Source: Raphidiopsis brookii D9 (lineage in GTDB: Bacteria; Cyanobacteriota; Cyanobacteriia; Cyanobacteriales; Nostocaceae). Taken from it: 32,000 nt of DNA. The translations under genes were made by a program, and so were the position numbers. The stretch is taken from positions 100,451-132,450 of the forward strand of contig ACYB01000037.1 of NCBI GenBank assembly GCA_000175855.1, written 5' to 3'. Numbering within the stretch: position 1 is the stretch's first letter; every line of letters starts with the position of its first letter. The notes under the pieces are model-generated. The model worked only from the letters and a program-made list of their open reading frames with translations. It had not been told where the DNA came from and made no database searches. Below, piece by piece: positions 20,386-28,641 of this stretch.

Positions 20386-21090
20386 CTACAGTCTTTGTTT
20401 AGTAGGTATGACAATCATCGAAAAATAAGGTACTTCGTCAGGGTCTACCTCATCCAGTGGCACAATTCTCTGTTGTGTAGTAGTTGCGCGTTCAATATAC
20501 TTGGCTCGGGAATTTAATCCTAACTGATGCAGCACATCCCGGATTTTGACAAAATGACGACCGATCTTCATAATGGCAGCAGCATCAGCGGAAATAAGTT
20601 GACTAATTAGCATTTCCCTAGGAAGAGTACCCGGTAAAACCTTCAAAATATCATTATAATAAGTGAAAGGTACACCCAAAGAAATAGGACAAGCCATTAA
20701 AGAAGAAATCCCGGGCACCACCTCCGTCTCATACTTATCCGCAAGACGAGTAAATATATACATAAAAGATCCATAAAAAAACGGGTCTCCCTCGCATAAT
20801 ACCACCACATCCCGACCAGCTGCCAAATGTGACCCAATAGGTTCAACCTCGCGATCATAGATATCTTTAGCCTTTTCCGGTTCCAGAGCCCGGGGAAGAT
20901 GATATAAAACTTCTATTTGATTCCCAGGTAAGTAAGGAGAGACAATTTTTCTAGCAATACTTTCTCGATCTATGGCTGACTGATAGGCAATAACAGAAGC
21001 AGAACGTATTAAACGCAATGCTTTTAATGTTAACAGTTCCGGATCTCCAGGACCAACACCAACTCCATACAAACGACCTTTTAAATTCAT
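20386..21090 (-). CDS. cobI: Precorrin-2 C20-methyltransferase
   Basis: GRLYGVGVGPGDPELLTLKALRLIRSASVIAYQ, VVVLCEGDPFFYGSFMYI, VVPGISSLMACPISLGVPF. Confidence 0.92.
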   Translation of the reverse strand: MNLKGRLYGVGVGPGDPELLTLKALRLIRSASVIAYQSAIDRESIARKIVSPYLPGNQIEVLYHLPRALEPEKAKDIYDREVEPIGSHLAAGRDVVVLCEGDPFFYGSFMYIFTRLADKYETEVVPGISSLMACPISLGVPFTYYNDILKVLPGTLPREMLISQLISADAAAIMKIGRHFVKIRDVLHQLGLNSRAKYIERATTTQQRIVPLDEVDPDEVPYFSMIVIPTKQRL

Positions 21091-21716
21091 GTTTCTTCCT
21101 CGGATGCTAGCGCATTAATAGCAGAAGCAGCGATCGCACTTCCACCCCGTCTACCATGTAAAGTTAAAAATGGCACACCACGACTATTCTCCGCCAGGGC
21201 GGCCTTAGATTCAGCAGCGCCGACAAAACCTACAGGAAAGCCTAAAATCAGAGCTGGACGTGGTACTCCTTCATCCAACATTTCCAGCAATCTAAATAAT
21301 GCCGTAGGGGCATTACCAATAGCTACAACCGCACCATCAAGATGAAATCGCCATAGTTCTAGAGCTGCTGCTGAACGGGTATTGCCTAATCGTTTAGCTA
21401 TTGTGGGCACTTCTGGATCATTCAAAGAACAAATAATAGCATTCGTAGTAGGTAATCTTTTTTTAGTGATTCCCTGTGCAACCATCTGACAATCACATAA
21501 AATAGGCGCACCAGAAGCCAGGGCGTTTTTGCCTAAATTTACCGCATCTAGTGAATATGCTAAGTCTTTTACTATATCCGTCATACCACAGGCATGAATT
21601 AAGCGTACAGCTATCTTTGCTACATCCTCCGGGAGACTATCTAATTCTGCTTCCGAGCGGATAATATCAAAAGACTTTTTGTATATTTCTCCAGCATCTC
21701 GTATATAATTATACAT
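21087..21716 (-). CDS. cobH: Precorrin-8X methylmutase
   Basis: VAVRLIHACGMTD-type motif, GAPILCDCQMVAQGI, VIAIGNAPTALFRLLEML, ALILGFPVGFVGAAESKAAL; 4-bp overlap with cobI. Confidence 0.93.
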   Translation of the reverse strand: MYNYIRDAGEIYKKSFDIIRSEAELDSLPEDVAKIAVRLIHACGMTDIVKDLAYSLDAVNLGKNALASGAPILCDCQMVAQGITKKRLPTTNAIICSLNDPEVPTIAKRLGNTRSAAALELWRFHLDGAVVAIGNAPTALFRLLEMLDEGVPRPALILGFPVGFVGAAESKAALAENSRGVPFLTLHGRRGGSAIAASAINALASEEET

Positions 21717-21756
21717 AAACTATACATAAAATAGAAAAATTGCAAGACTAAAAAGA

Positions 21757-23313
21757 CTAAACTGAGAGTTGAGATATATCATAACGATTGGCAAACTCGG
21801 TAAAAGATTCTTGAGGGCTCAGACGATTAAGTATATATACTTTGAATATGTTTTCCATAAGCTGAGGTAATTGGGCAAAGGGGAAATTTTCATAAATTGG
21901 GCGGTGAATATTATTACCAATATACACTTGATATCCTGGGACAGATTGATCTTCTTGCTCAATATTGACCCCAAGCAATGTAATATCACTTTCAGTGTGT
22001 TGGGCGCAAGACTTAGGACACCCAGTGAAATGAATATTAATATGGGAGTCCAGATTTATATGGGTTTGTAAATATTCGCTTAATATCAGGGCATGGGTTT
22101 TTGTGTCCGTAGCAGAAGCGGAGCAACCACTGGTTCCGGAACAGGAGACTAACCCACTTTTTATGTTTGTAGGTGAGTAGTCAAGCTCCAAATCATGAAT
22201 TTCTGAAGTTACCGAAGAAAGGTGTTGTTGAGGAATATCACTGAGCAGTAAATTTTGCCAAGGGGTTAGTCTCAGTTGACCAGAGCCATATTGGCTTGCC
22301 ATATTAGCCAATCGACGAACTTGCCAAGTTTGTAATCGCCCCAGGGGTAAAACTAGACCAACATAAAACATTCCTGATTGTTTTTGGGGATGAATACCCA
22401 GATGGAAAACCTGGTCATGTTTTTGCGAGTTAAATTTGTGATTAGGCAAAAGGTTTAGAGAGGGAGCATGGGAGGCTTGAAATTCCAGATCCCTTATCTG
22501 TTCCAAATCAAGTAACCTATTTTTATGTAAAAGCACTAAAATTTTATGTAAGAAACATTGCCATCCCAAATCGTCAATTACTTCTCGTAATCGGGGTTTA
22601 CGTTTAGAAAAGCACTCTTTAGAAAGCAAAGTGTATTCTAGATAAACTTGTGCCACAGATGCCAACATGGGTATAGATTGTTCAGGAGTCAAACAAAGAG
22701 AGAAATGCGGGGAAAAATTTTCCTTTCCAGTGGCACAAAAATAAAAAATGGGATATATTAATTTATGTCCCCATTTCCCCGTAGGAAAGAACTTCGGTTC
22801 TTTCCTACCCCCCCCAGGAAGTAAAGGAGTAGCATCCAGAGCAGTAAGGGATATATCATTGGGGAACTTGGCGATAGAGACTTTACCACCACCATCAAAA
22901 CCCACACTAAACTTGGCTGAAAGCTCTGCAAGTTGGGGTTGACCACTAACATATTGCTCCCAATCTTGAACAAGCGGGCGAACATCTATTAACTCTCCTG
23001 GGTCTATACCGGCGGTAGGGCTGGTCATGATGTTGCGGAGATGGTCTATAGCGGGATTAACAGCAGCCATACCAGAGGTTTGTAAGGTGTGCAGGTCACC
23101 CGTACTTACTTCCCGCTGAATTTCTCGAATTTGTAAATTAGCGCGATTAGTAATATCAACATAGCCACCCCCATAATTATCAGCCATATTAGCGATGAGG
23201 TGAAATTGTTGGCTATTTAAAATACCACTAGGAGTGCGGATGCGACAGAGAATGCCATCTTGGGCAAGAGTGTTATAAAACAGACCCGGACAAGCTGTAA
23301 ATGGACTTAACAA
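21757..23313 (-). CDS. cobG: Precorrin-3B synthase (nitrite/sulfite reductase family)
   Basis: LTNIANRANLQIREI-type segments; LVSCSGTSGCSASATDTKTHALILSEYL...INIHFTGCPKSCAQHTESDITLLG Fe-S/siroheme Cys motifs. TTG start with SD-like AAGGAG just upstream. Confidence 0.88.
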   Translation of the reverse strand: MLSPFTACPGLFYNTLAQDGILCRIRTPSGILNSQQFHLIANMADNYGGGYVDITNRANLQIREIQREVSTGDLHTLQTSGMAAVNPAIDHLRNIMTSPTAGIDPGELIDVRPLVQDWEQYVSGQPQLAELSAKFSVGFDGGGKVSIAKFPNDISLTALDATPLLPGGGRKEPKFFPTGKWGHKLIYPIFYFCATGKENFSPHFSLCLTPEQSIPMLASVAQVYLEYTLLSKECFSKRKPRLREVIDDLGWQCFLHKILVLLHKNRLLDLEQIRDLEFQASHAPSLNLLPNHKFNSQKHDQVFHLGIHPQKQSGMFYVGLVLPLGRLQTWQVRRLANMASQYGSGQLRLTPWQNLLLSDIPQQHLSSVTSEIHDLELDYSPTNIKSGLVSCSGTSGCSASATDTKTHALILSEYLQTHINLDSHINIHFTGCPKSCAQHTESDITLLGVNIEQEDQSVPGYQVYIGNNIHRPIYENFPFAQLPQLMENIFKVYILNRLSPQESFTEFANRYDISQLSV

Positions 23314-23349
23314 AGCGATTCTCCTTCCCCGTGCGACGCGGGGACAGAA

Positions 23350-23525
23350 TAGGTGTAGGCTCAGTTCTTAGAAGTGGCATTCTGACTTGTGCAACTTCAG
23401 ATTTTAGACATTCCCCAATTGGGAGTCCAAAACCCGAGATTGCCTTACAGCTGCGGCACAGTCCCGGTATTGCACCGGAGTTTCCCAAACCTAAGAATTT
23501 GGCAAATCATCAGAAATCCTATTGT
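23350..23525 (-). promoter_or_regulatory. Cobalamin riboswitch upstream of cobG
   Basis: Reverse strand: GGGAAACTCCGGTGCAATACCGGGACTGTGCCGCAGCTGTAAGGCAATCTCGGGTTTTGGACTCCC...AGTCAGAATGCCACTTCT, the conserved cobalamin riboswitch core and B12-box-like element. Boundaries approximate. A TACAAT -10-like box lies at 23521..23526 (reverse). Confidence 0.9.
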
Positions 23526-23606
23526 ATCACAATGACGTCACTTGAAAGTTTTTGAGGTCCCCAAATACTCTTGGTCATTGTATAATAAAATTAGAATGTA
23601 CATCCT

Positions 23607-24368
23607 TTGACAAATCTTATCTCTGTGGGAGTAATATACATAGGCGATCGCGCAACAGGTAAAACTCATTTAGCTCTGGAGTTAGCCAACCCCAAACATG
23701 AATATGTGAAAGTTAACAGTCTAGACTATGACGAGCTTAGTTCATTGTTACTAGATGAGAACTTGCAGACCAGGCCTACTGAAAACTTTTTATACAACCG
23801 GTATTTAGATATGAATATTCAATTACCGTCTGGTAAAAAGCAGGTTACGGTCGATTGGGTTGATATAGGAGGGGAAGTATGGAGGAAAAGTTGGCAAAGG
23901 GACAATTCTAACCAATGGCATGAGTTCTTAAAAGCGATTCGCGATAGTGAGGGAATTCTACTAATTCTTCCACCCCATCGGGGAATGACATTCAAACCAG
24001 GGGTAGATGCAGAGGAGTTTCCCACCCAAAAACAATGGTGTAATCGTTTTGAACGCTGGGTAACATTTTTCTGTGACCAGTGTCCTAAAATCAGACACTT
24101 GGCCCTTTGCCTTAACAAAGCCGATTTATTTTGTGATTTATCCGCAGAAGGTCAAAAACTGGCCTATAAGCCCTACAATAGTCCCTATAATTGGCAACAA
24201 CGACATGAACATGTACTAAGAAAATACTTTCGTCCCGTGTATGCCCAAATCGAGAGATTAGGTCAAGGCGTGGGCAGTCCATCTGTAAAGTGTTTTATCA
24301 CATCAATTTACCATCGAGGCTTATTAGAACTACCTTGGATTTACCTAGGCAGTTTTTTGGGTAAGTGA
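23607..24368 (+). CDS. P-loop GTPase-like protein (GTPase 1 of cluster)
   Basis: Walker A GDRATGKT, DxxG-like DIGG (VDWVDIGGEVW), NKxD (LCLNKADLF). TTG start. Confidence 0.75.
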   Translation: MTNLISVGVIYIGDRATGKTHLALELANPKHEYVKVNSLDYDELSSLLLDENLQTRPTENFLYNRYLDMNIQLPSGKKQVTVDWVDIGGEVWRKSWQRDNSNQWHEFLKAIRDSEGILLILPPHRGMTFKPGVDAEEFPTQKQWCNRFERWVTFFCDQCPKIRHLALCLNKADLFCDLSAEGQKLAYKPYNSPYNWQQRHEHVLRKYFRPVYAQIERLGQGVGSPSVKCFITSIYHRGLLELPWIYLGSFLGK

Positions 24369-24452
24369 GATCAATATGTTAACCTTGGAGAAATTATACT
24401 ACAGGACTCTGGAAAAGTTACTACACTTAAACAATCATAAAAGAGGGGAGAA

Positions 24453-25289
24453 ATGGGTAATATCCACATAATCGGACCACGGGCTGCGGGTAAGACCACT
24501 TATTTAGCAGCTTTAGCCTACCAACCAAACATATCAAGACGACGCTATAAACAAGCAAATTTTAAGGTGCAGGCATTAAATGACGAAACCAGAGAACTAG
24601 CGGAAAAAGCGGAAAACATAATTTTGGAAGGAGCTTCTTTAGAGCCCACCACCAAATATATAAAAACCATTGAGGACGTGAAAGTGTACTCATTTTTAAT
24701 TGAAATCAAGCGGAAATGGCAACCAACCCAAAAACTTAATTTAGCAGTGCGGGACTACCCAGGACTAGTTTTTGATGAGCTGGAGTCTGCTTCTTCCGAC
24801 TCTATACATGAAGAGTTTATGAATGAGTGCTTCAGTCAAGATACTCAAGGGTGTTTGATCTTATTGACCGAGTGGCAACAGGGAACAGACAAATTTTATA
24901 GACGAGTATTCAGAAGATTTATAGACTTGATGGATCAACAAGGAAGATTGCAAGATTTGCGATTGGCCCTTGCCATTAGTAAATGTGAAAGAGGGGAATT
25001 ATGGCCTGGTCGGTTAGATCCAGAAAATGACCTATTTGCTATTCACTTCCCCGACACACTGCATTTATTAAAAGATAATATCCCCCAGAAAAACTTAGGA
25101 TTTTATGCCATGTCCACCTTTGGGGTGTTAGGTAGCAAAGATCCCCGACCTAACCGTAAATTAGAAGGAGAACACGACATGTACTCTGTTTTGAGAGATC
25201 CTGACGAATGGTCGCCATACTGCATGATTTCCCCCCTTTATTGGTTGAGTACAGGTAAGAGGATGCAGGAAAATGCTCAACATATTTAA
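24453..25289 (+). CDS. P-loop GTPase-like protein (GTPase 2 of cluster)
   Basis: Walker A GPRAAGKT, DxxG-like DYPG (LAVRDYPGLVFDEL), SKCE in the NKxD position; C-terminal half similar to the 25569..26147 ORF. Confidence 0.75.
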   Translation: MGNIHIIGPRAAGKTTYLAALAYQPNISRRRYKQANFKVQALNDETRELAEKAENIILEGASLEPTTKYIKTIEDVKVYSFLIEIKRKWQPTQKLNLAVRDYPGLVFDELESASSDSIHEEFMNECFSQDTQGCLILLTEWQQGTDKFYRRVFRRFIDLMDQQGRLQDLRLALAISKCERGELWPGRLDPENDLFAIHFPDTLHLLKDNIPQKNLGFYAMSTFGVLGSKDPRPNRKLEGEHDMYSVLRDPDEWSPYCMISPLYWLSTGKRMQENAQHI

Positions 25290-26147
25290 AAATAAAGATC
25301 AATCCTCGTCACAAAGTAGTATAGTTCTGAGAGTAATAGGCGATCGCTTTGCAGGAAAAACCGCCTATATGGCATCCCTAGCCAGGTGGCCTAATGCTAG
25401 TCCTGACAGTCCAGTCCAGACAGTGGTCCCCGTAGACGAAGGAGGAGAAGACCTAGTCAACAAAGCTCAAAACATCCTAGAGCAAGGATTGCAACTAGAA
25501 TTCACAACTCTAGAGAACCCAGATCAGATCAGAGACTGTACCCTACAAATCACCATAAAACAGAAAAATTGGGTTCCCAACTACTGAACCTAAACATTAG
25601 CCACAAAGACTACTCAGGTGAGTTTTTCCGTGACCTTCTGCATCGGAATCAAGATCCCCTATTGCAGGAATATTTAGAAGACTGTGTACAAGCTAATGGT
25701 ATTATGTTCCTAGTTGATGGTAACAGTAGGCGCAAAGACCCGGAGTATGCCAATGGCTTAGACAAATTGTTAATAGCATTAGACCGACATGATATAGGAG
25801 GGATGAAGCGAAGAATAGCTCTAGTTTTGAACAAATGTGAACAATCTGACCTATGGGTAAATCGGGATAAACCGGCATTTTTAGCATCAGCTAGATTTCC
25901 CCAAGTTTCCCAGAAATTAAAAGTCTGGCAACAAATGGGGGGAGGGGAAGTAGAGTTTTTTACAGCATCTGCTTTTGGCATGTTAGGTACCAAATATCCA
26001 GAGCCCAACGTTAACCTAGTACAAAAAGATAGGGGAGGAGTGAGTGCGGTGATCAAAAACCCCAAATTGTGGCGACCATTTGGTTTGGTTGCACCCATTT
26101 ATTGGCTTTGTAAAGGTTCACGTCATCCAGATCTAGATAAAAGTTAA
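25273..26147 (+). CDS. P-loop GTPase-like protein (GTPase 3 of cluster), split by frameshift at the A5 run 25564..25568
   Basis: First frame has GDRFAGKT. Second frame has NLNISHKDYSGEFF, LVLNKCEQSDLW and SAFGMLGTKYPEPN, aligning with GTPase 2 (KLNLAVRDYPGLVF, LAISKCERGELW, STFGVLGSKDPRPN). Adding one A joins the frames as KQKKLGSQLLNLNISHKDYSG. Confidence 0.75.
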
Positions 26148-26233
26148 GAAATTAGCGATTGTAAAACTGGTGAGAGGATCAATATTTAAACATCAGGTTG
26201 GAAAAATTAACTTAGCAACATTAACTTAGCAAC

Positions 26234-28507
26234 ATGAATTCCCAATATCTTGAGATTCACGAATTTAGTACAGGTATTCACGTTCAAAGACGGGATAACG
26301 GTTGGGTTTCCGTGGGATTTACAGGAAAATATATGAACTCAACCATAGATCCAATTCCTACGGTCGTAGAGAGGTCAATTGCTAATGAAGAATTTGCCCT
26401 AACAGAAGGTTCGTCAGCAGAGAAACCTGCGATTGTTGGGAGGGTATTGAAGGATGGGGATGATATATGGTCAGTAATAGCAGTAGTCAGCAGAGGAAAA
26501 GACGAAGTAGGAAGAAGTGCGGGATTTTATCGTTATTTTTTATGTCGCGGAGACAACAACCTAAGGTTGATATTAGCTTGGTGGGAAGAAAAGGGTCAAC
26601 CGAGATTTAACCCTCTAGAAGCTGTACAAAAGTTCCATATTTTTACGGGAGAAGCACCTCGTCCCTTACGTAAGACAGAAGACATGTCTTTACCATTTGA
26701 GGAATCAGACCCTATAGTTTTAGCACCTGAGACCCAACAAGACTTATATACCCTCAACTCTCTAGCGATTAGAAAAGCCAATTCTTCCAACAACAAGTTA
26801 CCAGTATCTTGGGCTTTTAATGTGGAAGGACTGGCAAAACCCGGACGTTTTCAAATCATTCAACCTTCATCACAAAAGGCTTACAAACAAATAAAAGAAC
26901 AAATTAGCAACTATCGTCAAAATGAAGCTCTTATTGATGAAGCTGCCCTAAAATCTGCCCTTCGTGGTTTAATAAATAGTTCTCAAGTCAAACCCGAAGC
27001 AGTAGGGGTAATTGTGAATGGCGTAACCAATAAGGAAATTACCCCTGAATATTGGGAGAATTTGTTTAATAGCCAAGGTGCGAACCAAGGGATTAGGCAG
27101 AAAATTTATAGTCCACAAATGGTGAAATTAGTTACGCTTAGAGCATTAGTTCTTCCAAAAACCTTGCCAGAATTTCTGGGTTGGTTGAACATTCAAGCAA
27201 GTAAAAAGGTCAACCAAAACCAGATGGTATCTTTACAGTTTCAACAAGCCATTAAGGAATTATTTCCCAAGGAGAAGGTAGCAGAAGGTATTGGATATTT
27301 ATTGCCCAGTTTACTTGATGGTAATATATCACCAGATGGCTTATCTTGGTTATTGGCGAAAAATGGCAGTAATAGTATTTGGTCCTATGCTCAAAAACAG
27401 TTTGTGAATGATGTTAGAAATGATTTACAACTAATTTTTGACCAGTATAAAAACTCAAAATCTCTGAATTTTGATGGGGGTAACCTTAAATGCGAAATAG
27501 GGGTTTGGAATCAATTAATTAGAGGTTGGCAGGGTATTCAGAGGAGATATTATAAATGTGAGGAATATCGACCCTTAGCAGAGCTATTTGAGGAATTTAG
27601 AGAAGATGATTTAGCTGCATATTTTTATCAAGTCAGTGATGGATTAGTCAATAAAAAACTATTTGGGCGACTAGCTGATTCACAAAGAAGTGGGTATCCG
27701 GTTGTTTTTGGCTTACCGATTAAGCGCAAAGAAACTTTGATTGATGTTTTGATTAAGTTTATTAACCAGTTTGTTAACCAGGATATAGATATGAAGATTT
27801 TGTATGTTGCTCCCATATCACTATTAATTTTAGGTAGTGGTTGGTTTGTTGGATCGAAAACTTGGCATGCTTATGTTAGTCAAAATGATATTAACAATCA
27901 CCTGTGTAAAGAGTCACAGAAACCTGAGAATTGCTCCGTCATAGTTTTGGATGATACAAAGCATTATTCCTTCAAAGACATTCAGAGAATTATTCCCCAA
28001 GTTGTAGATGATTTGTTAAAAAAGAGGGAAGCGGAAGAAAAAAAGAAATATGAGGAGGCCAATAGTAGTGGTGTGAACCAAACACCACCATCAAGAAAAA
28101 GCAACTTTGATATCAAAGCAGAATTGATAAACAAGGTAAATCAAACTTTGCCAAAAATTTTGGCAGATCCTACATTGAAGTATGATGAAATAGATTCTAA
28201 GAATGCACAGAATGTAGATACAAACATTCAAAAAAAATGGTTGATAGCAGTATATAATTATCAAATTAAACGAAAAGCAGGAAAGAAAATAAAAAAAGTC
28301 CAGGTCGAGGAGTGTAAATTCCCTCTGTTTTGGAGATGTTTTCCAGGACAGGAGGTGACAGTTACCAAGGATGAAATAGATGATTATCCATTGAGGAAGA
28401 AATTAGCAGAAGACATAAATTATGCTATGCGATTATCAAAATCGAAAAACAGAGTCAGAGTAAGTAAAATTAGCAATTTGCAAATTAATTTACAGCTCCC
28501 AAATTAA
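26234..28507 (+). CDS. Large membrane-anchored GTPase-associated protein (paralog A, 757 aa)
   Basis: Soluble N-terminal domain (VQRRDNGWVSVGFTGKYMNS...SAGFYRYFLCRG), middle helical domain, single predicted TM segment ILYVAPISLLILGSGWFVG, C-terminal charged region. Same strand and close behind the GTPases. Confidence 0.7.
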   Translation: MNSQYLEIHEFSTGIHVQRRDNGWVSVGFTGKYMNSTIDPIPTVVERSIANEEFALTEGSSAEKPAIVGRVLKDGDDIWSVIAVVSRGKDEVGRSAGFYRYFLCRGDNNLRLILAWWEEKGQPRFNPLEAVQKFHIFTGEAPRPLRKTEDMSLPFEESDPIVLAPETQQDLYTLNSLAIRKANSSNNKLPVSWAFNVEGLAKPGRFQIIQPSSQKAYKQIKEQISNYRQNEALIDEAALKSALRGLINSSQVKPEAVGVIVNGVTNKEITPEYWENLFNSQGANQGIRQKIYSPQMVKLVTLRALVLPKTLPEFLGWLNIQASKKVNQNQMVSLQFQQAIKELFPKEKVAEGIGYLLPSLLDGNISPDGLSWLLAKNGSNSIWSYAQKQFVNDVRNDLQLIFDQYKNSKSLNFDGGNLKCEIGVWNQLIRGWQGIQRRYYKCEEYRPLAELFEEFREDDLAAYFYQVSDGLVNKKLFGRLADSQRSGYPVVFGLPIKRKETLIDVLIKFINQFVNQDIDMKILYVAPISLLILGSGWFVGSKTWHAYVSQNDINNHLCKESQKPENCSVIVLDDTKHYSFKDIQRIIPQVVDDLLKKREAEEKKKYEEANSSGVNQTPPSRKSNFDIKAELINKVNQTLPKILADPTLKYDEIDSKNAQNVDTNIQKKWLIAVYNYQIKRKAGKKIKKVQVEECKFPLFWRCFPGQEVTVTKDEIDDYPLRKKLAEDINYAMRLSKSKNRVRVSKISNLQINLQLPN

Positions 28508-28641
28508 AACCCAGGCTGTGAATCTCAAGAGGGACTACCCAATAAAGGAATCACTATTTCTTGAAGTAGTCCAATTACAAAACAGGCGATCGCTCGTTGT
28601 CTTTATTACATAAGTATGGATATGTAGAGGTTGAACTCAAT

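Noticed and set aside
22748-23555. Antisense ORFs in cobG and across the riboswitch (22748..22942, 22758..22985, 23273..23488, 23301..23555)
   Set aside because: They overlap cobG or the cobalamin riboswitch and show no protein family signal.
25561-25572. Canonical programmed -1 frameshift site in the third GTPase
   Set aside because: The tract G AAA AAT does not meet the X XXY YYZ rule, and nearby genes have similar homopolymer breaks, so recoding is less likely than indel error or mutation.
25649-25887. Antisense ORFs within the GTPase cluster and large proteins (also 23819..24118, 26596..26796, 27628..27816, 28656..28862, 30060..30242)
   Set aside because: Short opposite-strand frames inside well-supported coding regions.
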